Origin: an uncultured Verrucomicrobiales bacterium
GTDB lineage: Bacteria; Verrucomicrobiota; Verrucomicrobiia; Verrucomicrobiales; DEV007
Assembly: GCA_938091905.1 (NCBI GenBank)
Contig: CALKOM010000074.1
Span: forward strand, 1 to 22,133
Direction of reading: 5' to 3'
DNA: 22,133 nt
In this document: positions 8,922 through 20,184 of the stretch, one piece after another
How the letters are laid out: the number at the start of each line of letters is the position of its first letter
Position numbering within the stretch: position 1 is the first letter of the stretch
Notes under the pieces: generated by a model
Told to the model about the DNA's origin: nothing
Databases searched by the model: none
What the model saw: only the letters and a program-made list of their open reading frames with translations
Position numbers and translations under genes: made by a program

Positions 8922-9941
8922 ATGACAAAACTCCCTCTACCTGGCTCTAATTGGAAATCGTTGCTGCTCCCATTTATTGGGTTGGTATTTGTTTTTGGGC
9001 TATTCACGGCGCTGATTGCGGCCTTTGAACCGGACAATCTCGGATCCTTTCTTTCTAGTAGGAACGCCAAGACCATTATCACCCAAACGGTGATCGTGGG
9101 CATCGGCGCGCTTGGAATGACCATGGTGATCACCAGCGGCGGCATCGACTTGAGCGCAGGTTCGCAGATTGCGTTGGCTTCGGTCGTGTGCGCGATGACG
9201 TTAAACGCGTTCGCAGACGGCGATCCAGCGACAATCGGTACGTTTGGAATGATCGTCGCCACCCTCGCAGCCATGGCCACGGGTGCCGTAACCGGTGCCT
9301 TCAACGGTGGGGTTTCGTGTTTCTTGAAAATCCCGCCCTTCATTGTGACACTTGGAACAATGATGATCGCCCGTGGTGCCGCCGAAGGCATCGCCAAGCA
9401 ATCACAGGTGCGCACGCCCTCCAATACGCTACAGACCTTTATGGAGCGCAATCCGGATCCCGAATGGATGATCTTTGCGCCGGGTGTGTGGATCACGATC
9501 GTCTTGCTCGTGATCGTGGCGGTGACAATGCGATACACTGTCCTTGGTCGCTATATCTATGCGCTGGGTTCTAACGAATCGACCGCGCGACTCTGCGGGG
9601 TTCCGGTGACCAGGTATCGCATCCTAATCTACACACTTTGTGGCACGTTGTTAGGCATCTCCGGTGTGATGTCCTACGCCTTTCTTTCCTCGGGTGACCC
9701 AACGACAGCGGTCGCTAAAGAGTTAGACATCATCGCTGCCGTTGTCATCGGTGGCGGCTCGCTGAGCGGCGGGCAGGGAAGCCCCATCGGCAGCATTGCC
9801 GGTGCCTTGATCATGACTTTACTTGTCAGCGGTTGTTCGATGCTCAATGTGCCCGACTATTCGCAGAAGATCATCATTGGCTTCATCATTATCGGCGCTG
9901 TGGCGGTCGATACATGGAAAACCCGGCGCCAGGCTAGTTGA
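8922..9941 (+). CDS. Sugar ABC transporter permease (RbsC-like)
   Basis: GMTMVITSGGIDLS.GS, IPPFIVTLG, GRYIYALGSNE..ARLCG and ELDIIAAVVIGG.SL.GG.G. Confidence 0.95.
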   Translation: MTKLPLPGSNWKSLLLPFIGLVFVFGLFTALIAAFEPDNLGSFLSSRNAKTIITQTVIVGIGALGMTMVITSGGIDLSAGSQIALASVVCAMTLNAFADGDPATIGTFGMIVATLAAMATGAVTGAFNGGVSCFLKIPPFIVTLGTMMIARGAAEGIAKQSQVRTPSNTLQTFMERNPDPEWMIFAPGVWITIVLLVIVAVTMRYTVLGRYIYALGSNESTARLCGVPVTRYRILIYTLCGTLLGISGVMSYAFLSSGDPTTAVAKELDIIAAVVIGGGSLSGGQGSPIGSIAGALIMTLLVSGCSMLNVPDYSQKIIIGFIIIGAVAVDTWKTRRQAS

Positions 9942-9955
9942 GTTGAGTTGAGCCA

Positions 9956-9979
9956 TGGCCGAAGCATTCGGATTTGCCA
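9956..9979. terminator. Possible hairpin between the convergent permease and sigma genes
   Basis: CCGAA-GCA-TTCGG stem at 9959-9971 with an outer TGG/CCA extension. There is no clear U-tract. Confidence 0.25.
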
Positions 9980-10021
9980 CGCTGACTGTAGAGGAGCGAC
10001 CGTGGCGAGTCGGCGACCTGT

Positions 10022-10732
10022 TTACTTCAACGCTTGATGGAGGTTCTCCATTTCCTGTTCGATGTCTGATCCGGCAACCGTATTCGCTACTTCTTGCTCT
10101 AGCAGTTTGCGATAGCGCTTGCGCATCCGACTCACAGCGACCTTGACCCAGCCTTCCCCACGGCCGATCTGCTGGGCGATCTCTTGATAAGTCTTGGTGT
10201 TCTCGTTCCATGCCAGGCAAGGCTGAAGTGCGACAAATTCGCGGTCTTTTCCAGACTGAGCGAATTCCTTCTGTAGCATCTCCAAGACGCGATCCAAGAC
10301 CGAGGTAGCCCAAGCGCGATCGAATAGCTGGTCCGGAGTCATGCCGGGATCGACGGGCTCCGTGGTGTAGCGTTCCTCGACTTCCTCGAGATGGATGGGG
10401 ACGTGAGCCACTCCGCCGCCGCGTTTCAGTGCGAGCCCTTTCTCTCGCTCGTCATTCAGAAAACGTTTGAAACGGACGAGGAGAAACGAACGAAAGGTGC
10501 AGTCTTGATCGGCCGCCTGCTCAACCCATTGCTTCTCAATCAATTTCGAGACAAACGCTTGTGTAAGATCTTCTGCATCTTCTGGACGACTCCCGCCTCG
10601 TCTGGCATAAGCATATAAGGGATACCAATACTGCGCGCAAAGCGATTCCATATCTGCAGGACTACCTTTTCCAGCCCGTTGAATCATAGTCCAACGCGTC
10701 GGTGGAAACTGTTCTGGGCGGGGCTTCGACAC
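10022..10732 (-). CDS. ECF sigma-70 factor of the Ser/Thr-kinase-associated PVC type
   Basis: FPPTRWTMI N-terminus, LC.QYWYPLYAYARR.G...DAEDLTQ.F, FRSFLL, A.KRGGG, P...FDRAWA, and sigma4 Y.EIA..IG.....VKVAVSRMRKRYR.LL..EVA.TV. Confidence 0.92.
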   Translation of the reverse strand: MSKPRPEQFPPTRWTMIQRAGKGSPADMESLCAQYWYPLYAYARRGGSRPEDAEDLTQAFVSKLIEKQWVEQAADQDCTFRSFLLVRFKRFLNDEREKGLALKRGGGVAHVPIHLEEVEERYTTEPVDPGMTPDQLFDRAWATSVLDRVLEMLQKEFAQSGKDREFVALQPCLAWNENTKTYQEIAQQIGRGEGWVKVAVSRMRKRYRKLLEQEVANTVAGSDIEQEMENLHQALK

Positions 10733-10797
10733 TCAGCTCAACACAGTAGAGCAGAATTCGATCGTCCAAGAAGGAAATTCTTCGCTCTCTAAAAAGG

Positions 10798-11313
10798 CTA
10801 GCTCTGATGCTGGTGATAGAGCCGTGCCGCCGTCCGATAGCGCGTGAGGAGCCGCACTCCATGACCCACGGCGGCGCCTGGAGCGATTCCCGATATTAGA
10901 TAGAAGGCCATCTGGCCGAACCATCCTCTATCGGGAATCGCCATCCAAACAATCCCCGCGGTGAAAATGACGCTGATCACGCCGAAATGAAGGTAGAGGT
11001 GAGGTGCTGCGGAGATGGGTTGGGCCATCCCTATCATGCGCATCAGGCCCGTCGTGTAGAGTGCGGATAGTGCCCATGCCATTGCGATGCCTATGAGAAG
11101 AATTAGGCAAGCCTTTGCTAGTTGCTTCCGTTGGGGGGCTTCGCCATTGAGAAAGACGGGTCTCGGTTTCGTCCCGTCCCAGACGGCAGGAGAACCACTC
11201 GGGGCGGCTGGAAAGAGCATCAAGTGTTCGCAGTTTGGGCAGGCGCCGATGCTAAGTGTGAAATCGGCCCCGTACGAGATGACCGTCTGGCAAGAGGAGC
11301 ATTGTCTTTCCAT
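10798..11313 (-). CDS. Hypothetical membrane protein with an N-terminal Cys4 zinc ribbon and about 3 TM helices
   Basis: CSSC...CPNC near the N-terminus, a Pro-rich linker, then three hydrophobic segments. Co-directional with the sigma gene and ends 65 nt before it. The start could also be ATG 11355. Confidence 0.65.
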   Translation of the reverse strand: MERQCSSCQTVISYGADFTLSIGACPNCEHLMLFPAAPSGSPAVWDGTKPRPVFLNGEAPQRKQLAKACLILLIGIAMAWALSALYTTGLMRMIGMAQPISAAPHLYLHFGVISVIFTAGIVWMAIPDRGWFGQMAFYLISGIAPGAAVGHGVRLLTRYRTAARLYHQHQS

Positions 11314-11480
11314 GAGAAATAGGCTGAGTGGAGGTGGGGTGAGACGGTCTTTCATGCCGCCGTTACCTCTTACCTGGGGAAGTCGTGAGAATGGTCTCCA
11401 CTTTTCTGAAGAATTTTTGAATAAATCGAACGTGGATGCCAGAAGCGCTCGCCCGCTGGTCTCATCTTTCCGAATTTCTT

Positions 11481-14400
11481 GTGAATAATCCTCTTACCAC
11501 CTCGCCCCCTGCGAAGTCCTGCCAGGGCTGTGGGGCGCTCTTGCCTAAGGGAAAACCAGGAATCCTTTGCTCGAAATGCCTCTGGGCGGGAGCTGCCAAG
11601 TCAGCCGCGTCTCCTGAAGAGGAGGACACGCTTTCGGAGCTCAGCGAGTTGTTGCCTGACTTCGAATGGCTTGACGTGATCGGACGCGGAGGCATGGGTA
11701 CTGTTTACCAGGCACGCCAGAAACGGCTCGATCGTCTCGTCGCCGTGAAAGTGTTGTCGGAGGAGATCAGTGTTGAGTCACGTTTCGCGACGCGTTTCGA
11801 GCGGGAGGCGAAGATTCTTGCTCGCTTGAATCATCCGCACATTGTGACGATCCACGATTTCGGCCAAGAGCTAGACATTTACTACCTCGTGATGGAGTAT
11901 GTGGATGGCATTGATCTCGCCAAGCTGCTGAGAAGCGAACCGCAACCAGTCGAAAGCAGTATTCGAATTGCTCGACAATTGTGTTCTGCACTCGTCTTCG
12001 CCCATGAGCGCAGTATCCTCCATCGGGACATCAAGCCTGCCAATGTCCTGTTAGACGCCGATGGCCTGGTCAAGATCGCTGACTTCGGCTTGGCAAAGTT
12101 GGGCCCGTCACTGGATGCTGGTGCTACCCTGACACAGCCAGGCACCACCATGGGAACCCCGCGTTACATGGCTCCAGAACAATGGGAAGATCCTGATACG
12201 ATCGATCATCGTGCCGACATCTTTGCCTTTGGCATGATCTTTTATGAGTTGCTCACCTCTGAAGTCCCTTCGGGACTGATTGAGCTGCCATCTACCAAGG
12301 CACCAGTCGATCAACGAGCGGATGACATTATTCGCAAGTGCTTGGCTCCCAATCCGAACAACCGCTACAAACGAGCGAGTGATTTGGAAGCGGATCTCCT
12401 AGCACTAGATCGTACGTCCTCGGCGACTAGCGGGTCGAGAAAGGAGGACAGCTGGCTGCGCCCTCCATCGGTGAACTTGATCGAAGAGGATTCATCAGAG
12501 GCCGTCACGGTGATCGATTCGTTCGCAAACATGAACCGACACACGCAGCCCAAAGCGAAGACAGCAAGAACAAGACTGATCGGATGGTCGTGTGTCTTAT
12601 TGGCTGTAGCCGTCGTGTTGGCCGTCTTTAGCCGGATGAATGAGCCAGTTGCTCGGGACGTGTCCCTGATGACGTTGCCTGCGCTGGACGGGCCTTGGTG
12701 GTTTGATGAAATGCCCTATCTGATTCCTCCTGCACGTGAGCAGCTCGCAAGATCTGAGTACTTCAAGTTCCCTCGGACTGCTGCTGAAGTGAGGCGTTTC
12801 AAAGAACGCACAAACAAAGCCGTCCGCGCGCTGAGCGAGACGACGGAAGATACCGTTTTTAGCGCTGTGTTAGAAAATCTACTCAAACGGTCCGTAAACC
12901 CGGACGACGTCCTCACATCCATTCCTGAATCACTTGCTTCAGAGAATCCCGCATGGGAACACACCAGGGGCAATCTTGCCCATCTTCTGGGAGATCACCA
13001 AGTCGCCGAACAGCACTATCGCAAAGCCCTCCGTGACTATCGCCCTGAACCCTCTGGGCACAGGGGATTGATCAGCCTCTGTCTCTCGGATCTCGCCCGG
13101 AGCCAGGCCGCGAGTGGATGCAGCGAGGATGCTGCTGAGACTTATGATAGAGCTCTTGACGCGATGATAGACGATCAGGCCCCTTTCTTCCGGGCGTCCT
13201 GCCTGGCTGGGAAAGCGGATGCGTGTCGACGTTTTGAAGCTTGGGAAGAAGCTGAAAGATCTCTGCTTGAGGCGAAACGTATACTCGAAGACGCTGACGT
13301 CGAAAGTGGTCATCCGATGATGACCTACATCCACCAACGCTTTGGCTGGCTCTACCTTGACGACTGGAAACTGAAAGATGGTCTCCACGCGTTCACGGGC
13401 GCGATCCAATCTCGCGAGCGATGGTTAGAATCCGCCGCCGATGAAAGTCTATCAACTCAGATTCGTCATCAGCATGATGAAATGGCCCTGGCCATGTGCC
13501 AACGTTATGCTGGCGAGACAGATAAAGCCATCGTTGGCTACGAGGGCGTCCGTCAAGAGCTTTATGCCATGCGCCAGCGTGTGAACCGTACGCCATCGGT
13601 TTATCGAGAATGGACCAACCGCTACTACAACAACAGTGAGCGTTTGGGTGATTGCTACCTCTTCAGTGAAGCCGGGGCCCAACAGGCGTCCCACCATTTC
13701 CAACAGGCCGCGTTAGATTTGCAGCGGGAGCTGGAAGCCATGAGCCCGGACAAGGCGCCCACGTATCGACCTCAGTATGGCCGAATTCTCGCCAAGGCCG
13801 CCATCGCCCAAATGCTTGTCGAGGGCCAACAAGCGCCTTTGAAATCACTCTCAGCCGAACTGGGCAATCTAGAGCTAGAGGGAAATAATAAGTCGTTGTT
13901 AGATCTGTTTCTCACGATCGGTCAGATCATCGTGGATTCTCGAGTTCGTGGGAGCGCAGGCATCACGGATTCGGTCGCTCGATTGAGCGCTGCCGTAGAG
14001 GCCAATCAGGACAGGCAATTTGGTCGTGACGTGCGCGAATTATTCCTCGTTGCCTGCCGTGAATTGGCTTCGTACTGTGACGGTGAGAATGCGCAGAAGC
14101 TTGCCAGCGTCATCACCCGTTTGCTGCCCCGCGACCCTGTCGACCAATCGGTCCTTCCCTTCCTCCGTCCACATTTCAACCGATTGATCGATCTTCGAAT
14201 GCGTTCAGAAGAAATGAACTGGGATCTTCTCAGGGATATCCACTGGGCCAAGACGGGATCGCGTCTTGGTGAGGATCTCCCGAAGGAGCCGATCATGATG
14301 TTCTACCTAATGCCGGATGCTGGCTACCTGATCCAGTTTGATCCTAATGGAACATCTTTAAATCATCGTCTGAACGTAGGTTTTTCAAATCTTGAAGCCC

Positions 14401-14540
14401 TCTCGAAAGCTCCAGCGATTCTCCACATTCTTTCGATGCCGGAGCGGTCCCACCATTATTGGTCAGATCAAGGGCTCATTCCACCATTGGATCCTGACAA
14501 CTATCCGTTTGAGGTCACCCCAAAGACTCTGGTGAAGTAG
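11481..14540 (+). CDS. Hanks-type Ser/Thr protein kinase with a TM helix and C-terminal TPR-like region
   Basis: N-terminal CQGC...CSKC, then GRGGMGTVY, VAVK, HRDIKPAN, DFGLAK, GTPRYMAPEQ and DIFAFG. TM segment LIGWSCVLLAVAVVLAVF is followed by helical repeats (AEQHYRKAL, AAETYDRAL, AERSLLEA). Start GTG 11481 preferred over ATG 11436. Confidence 0.93.
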   Translation: MNNPLTTSPPAKSCQGCGALLPKGKPGILCSKCLWAGAAKSAASPEEEDTLSELSELLPDFEWLDVIGRGGMGTVYQARQKRLDRLVAVKVLSEEISVESRFATRFEREAKILARLNHPHIVTIHDFGQELDIYYLVMEYVDGIDLAKLLRSEPQPVESSIRIARQLCSALVFAHERSILHRDIKPANVLLDADGLVKIADFGLAKLGPSLDAGATLTQPGTTMGTPRYMAPEQWEDPDTIDHRADIFAFGMIFYELLTSEVPSGLIELPSTKAPVDQRADDIIRKCLAPNPNNRYKRASDLEADLLALDRTSSATSGSRKEDSWLRPPSVNLIEEDSSEAVTVIDSFANMNRHTQPKAKTARTRLIGWSCVLLAVAVVLAVFSRMNEPVARDVSLMTLPALDGPWWFDEMPYLIPPAREQLARSEYFKFPRTAAEVRRFKERTNKAVRALSETTEDTVFSAVLENLLKRSVNPDDVLTSIPESLASENPAWEHTRGNLAHLLGDHQVAEQHYRKALRDYRPEPSGHRGLISLCLSDLARSQAASGCSEDAAETYDRALDAMIDDQAPFFRASCLAGKADACRRFEAWEEAERSLLEAKRILEDADVESGHPMMTYIHQRFGWLYLDDWKLKDGLHAFTGAIQSRERWLESAADESLSTQIRHQHDEMALAMCQRYAGETDKAIVGYEGVRQELYAMRQRVNRTPSVYREWTNRYYNNSERLGDCYLFSEAGAQQASHHFQQAALDLQRELEAMSPDKAPTYRPQYGRILAKAAIAQMLVEGQQAPLKSLSAELGNLELEGNNKSLLDLFLTIGQIIVDSRVRGSAGITDSVARLSAAVEANQDRQFGRDVRELFLVACRELASYCDGENAQKLASVITRLLPRDPVDQSVLPFLRPHFNRLIDLRMRSEEMNWDLLRDIHWAKTGSRLGEDLPKEPIMMFYLMPDAGYLIQFDPNGTSLNHRLNVGFSNLEALSKAPAILHILSMPERSHHYWSDQGLIPPLDPDNYPFEVTPKTLVK

Positions 14541-14571
14541 CCTAGAATCGGCGATGAAAGGCCACCAAGGT

Positions 14572-14679
14572 CGTCGTATTTCTCCGAAATACGGTGCGTA
14601 ACGGGTTGAGAGCACCTGATTTCGGAGGAATCTGGCGACACTGACAGACACCTTCTTCAAGCTCACCTGTAGGGTGAGT
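14572..14679. other. Cluster of inverted repeats downstream of the kinase gene
   Basis: CGTATTTC-TCC-GAAATACG (14575-14593); CTCCGAAAT..GGTGC / GCACC..ATTTCGGAG (14582-14627); GCTCACC-TGTAG-GGTGAGT (14661-14679). Confidence 0.5.
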
Positions 14680-14906
14680 CGTTTCGCGGCTGAGTAGGCG
14701 CAACCAAACGCTTGCCTTCAATGAATTAGCCGTCTCCCCCAAACTTCCATTGCCGTTTTTGGGATTAGGGGACCAAAGCGTTGCCATTTTCCTTGAGTGC
14801 AAGTTTGAAGCCAAGGTGGCGCAAGTCTTGGCCGGCCTTCACCCGTCGACTTTCACACACGGAACGAGACTCCGAACTATTGGCGTATAACCATGCCGGT
14901 TGAGAG

Positions 14907-15522
14907 CTACAGCGTCTTAAGATACTCAACGAGGTCCCAGCGTTCGGGATCCGTCAGGTTGGTAGTGAATTCATGTCCGGCGTTTGAACCGCCATCGCTA
15001 GACACATTAAATGTGAAGACTGGGTTCGTTGCTGAGAGATCATATCCAACGTGTTTGGGATCGTAGGTGCGCTGGCCGAGATCAAACGTCTTGGGGCGAT
15101 TGCTAGCGGGCAGTAACAGATGATAGAGCGTGGGGACTGATCCGTTGTGCAGGTAGGGAGCTTTAGCCCAAACACCGTCGAGTTGACGGGCGACGTGTTT
15201 GCCCGTGCCACGACAGTCATCGGGTTGAGAGGGCGTCTATGGCACGCCTTGATCAGTGAACGTGGCTTCCGTGATTGATGGGATGGTGTCGACGATCTTC
15301 TGGTCGAATGGTTCTCCGTCGAGTGGTCGCAAGAAATTGTTGGCGCGATTGGGATCCGTTCCCATCACTTGAAGAGTGATGAGTTGGCTCTTGCATGCAA
15401 GACTTGTGGCAATCTAGGCAGGTGTAGGAAGCGCCGTCTGCCGCAGTGAACTTCTGCGTAGTGTAGATCTGTTTGCCGCGTGCTGCCTTATACTGACCGA
15501 TCTTCCCTAAAATGCGATTCGG
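14907..15522 (-). pseudogene. 5'-truncated, decayed RoxA-like / di-heme cytochrome c peroxidase-family gene
   Basis: Manual translation gives PNRILGKIGQYKAARGKQIY...CLDCH (15406-15420), a frameshift, LITLQVMGTDPNRA...QGVP, an in-frame TAG (15237-15239), then VARQLDGVWAKAPYLHNGSVPTLYHLLLPASNRPKTF...YDPKHVG...SNAGHEF..NLTDPERWDLVEYLKTL* (stop at 14907-14909). Confidence 0.85.
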
Positions 15523-15526
15523 TTCT

Positions 15527-16975
15527 TTAGGTCAGGATCTTCTCCAGAATTCGGCTAGGGCGATTGTTAGTAATCGTGTTACTCTGGCCGTTGTAGAGGA
15601 AGGAAAGTTTCTGGTGATTGATTCCAAACAGACGGAGGACGGTTGCCTGGTAATCGTTGGGAGTCACCCGATCGACCACAGCGGAGTGGCCGAACTCGTC
15701 GGTTTCACCATAGGTCATGCCCCCTTTGATTCCGCCGCCGGCCAACCAGCAACTGAAGCCCTGGCCGTTGTGATCGCGGCCGGCTTTTCCCGGGTCGCCA
15801 TGGTTCTCGGTCACCGGTAAGCGCCCGATTTCACCGCCCCAATGGACCAGGGTAGAGTCTAGCATTCCCCTGGATTTCAAGTCCTTTACCAGTGCTGCTG
15901 AGGGCTGGTCTGTCTTGTGACAAATAGCAGGCAAGCTGCTGCGGATACTGTTATGATTGTCCCAGGGTTGTCCTCCGAGAAAGAGTTGCACGAATCGAAC
16001 TCCTCGCTCGACCAAACGGCGGGCGATCAGGCAGCGCGTTCCGTATTCCTTGGTCGTAGGATGGTCGAGTCCGTAGAGCTTCTTCGTGGCTTCACTTTCC
16101 TGGGAAAGATCAAGGGCATCGGTCGCAGCCGTTTGCATGCGCGCTGCCAATTCATAGGATTCAATGCGCGATTCGAGTTCGTGTTCGCCGGGATGGGTCG
16201 AAAGGTGTTGCTCGTTCAGTTGGCGGAGAAACGCCAGATTCTGTTCCTGCAATCCTCCTCGCAGGTATTCGGGAGGCGTCAGATTGAAGATCCTGGGTTC
16301 CTTCGGTCTGAGAACGGTTCCCTGAAAGAGAGAAGGCATCCAACCGTTTGACCAATTGTGAACGCCGTCGACCGGATGGCCGCCTGGGTCCGTGAGCACC
16401 ATGTAGGAAGGAAGGTCGTTGGATTCGCTTCCCAGACCATACGTGATCCAGGAGCCCAAAGTAGGGCGGCCGGTGATGCCGGGAATGCCCCCGTGCCAGT
16501 AACGAATCGATACTTCGTGGCCGTTGGCTCCGGTATGCATCGAGCGTATGACGCAAATGTCGTCGACGATGCTGGCCGTGTGCGGAAGGAGAGAGGAGAG
16601 CGGGATGCCAGACTGACCATGAGCCTTGAATTCCCAAGGACTGCCTAACAGTGTCTTGCTGGCCCGATTGATAAAACTGTATTGGATATCACCGGGATAC
16701 TCCTGGCCGTGCCGTTTGGTTAGTTCCGGTTTGGGATCGAAGAGGTCGACATGAGAAGGTCCACCATGCATGAACAATGAAATCATGGCCTTGGCTTTGG
16801 GAGAGGCCGCCGGGACTTTGGGATTGAGCTCGAAAGATTGAGGCTCCAGCGCCACCGTGGCCGGCGCGGCGCTCAATTGATTCTGCTCTTGCAGCATCCA
16901 GGCTAAGGCAACTCCGCCAATACCCATAGCATTCTTCTCTAAAAACTCGCGGCGGCTGAACGGATTGGATTTCAC
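15527..16975 (-). CDS. DUF1501 domain protein (Tat-exported, sulfatase-like)
   Basis: Tat motif SRREFL, LFMHGGPSHVDLFDPKP, RPTLGSWITYGLGSE, SYELAARMQ, ARRLVERGVRFVQL, WDNH, WGGEIGRLP and GRDHN. Confidence 0.95.
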   Translation of the reverse strand: MKSNPFSRREFLEKNAMGIGGVALAWMLQEQNQLSAAPATVALEPQSFELNPKVPAASPKAKAMISLFMHGGPSHVDLFDPKPELTKRHGQEYPGDIQYSFINRASKTLLGSPWEFKAHGQSGIPLSSLLPHTASIVDDICVIRSMHTGANGHEVSIRYWHGGIPGITGRPTLGSWITYGLGSESNDLPSYMVLTDPGGHPVDGVHNWSNGWMPSLFQGTVLRPKEPRIFNLTPPEYLRGGLQEQNLAFLRQLNEQHLSTHPGEHELESRIESYELAARMQTAATDALDLSQESEATKKLYGLDHPTTKEYGTRCLIARRLVERGVRFVQLFLGGQPWDNHNSIRSSLPAICHKTDQPSAALVKDLKSRGMLDSTLVHWGGEIGRLPVTENHGDPGKAGRDHNGQGFSCWLAGGGIKGGMTYGETDEFGHSAVVDRVTPNDYQATVLRLFGINHQKLSFLYNGQSNTITNNRPSRILEKILT

Positions 16976-16979
16976 GGGA

Positions 16980-20108
<3,129 letters not shown>

Positions 20109-20184
20109 GAGCTATAGGCTAGATCGCGATACCGTTATATTTTTCGAAGACCGTTTCGTCCGAGAGGCCTGGCAATTAACATGA

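Noticed and set aside
14542..14880. Short minus-strand ORFs as a second gene remnant
   Set aside because: None of the three minus-strand frames gave a recognisable motif, and two contain several stops.
14954..15220. 88 aa ORF in the track
   Set aside because: It is an off-frame shadow of the RoxA-like pseudogene.
15237..15239. In-frame TAG as stop-codon recoding (pyrrolysine or alternative code)
   Set aside because: The same gene also has a frameshift and 5' truncation, and TAG is a normal stop for several genes in this window.
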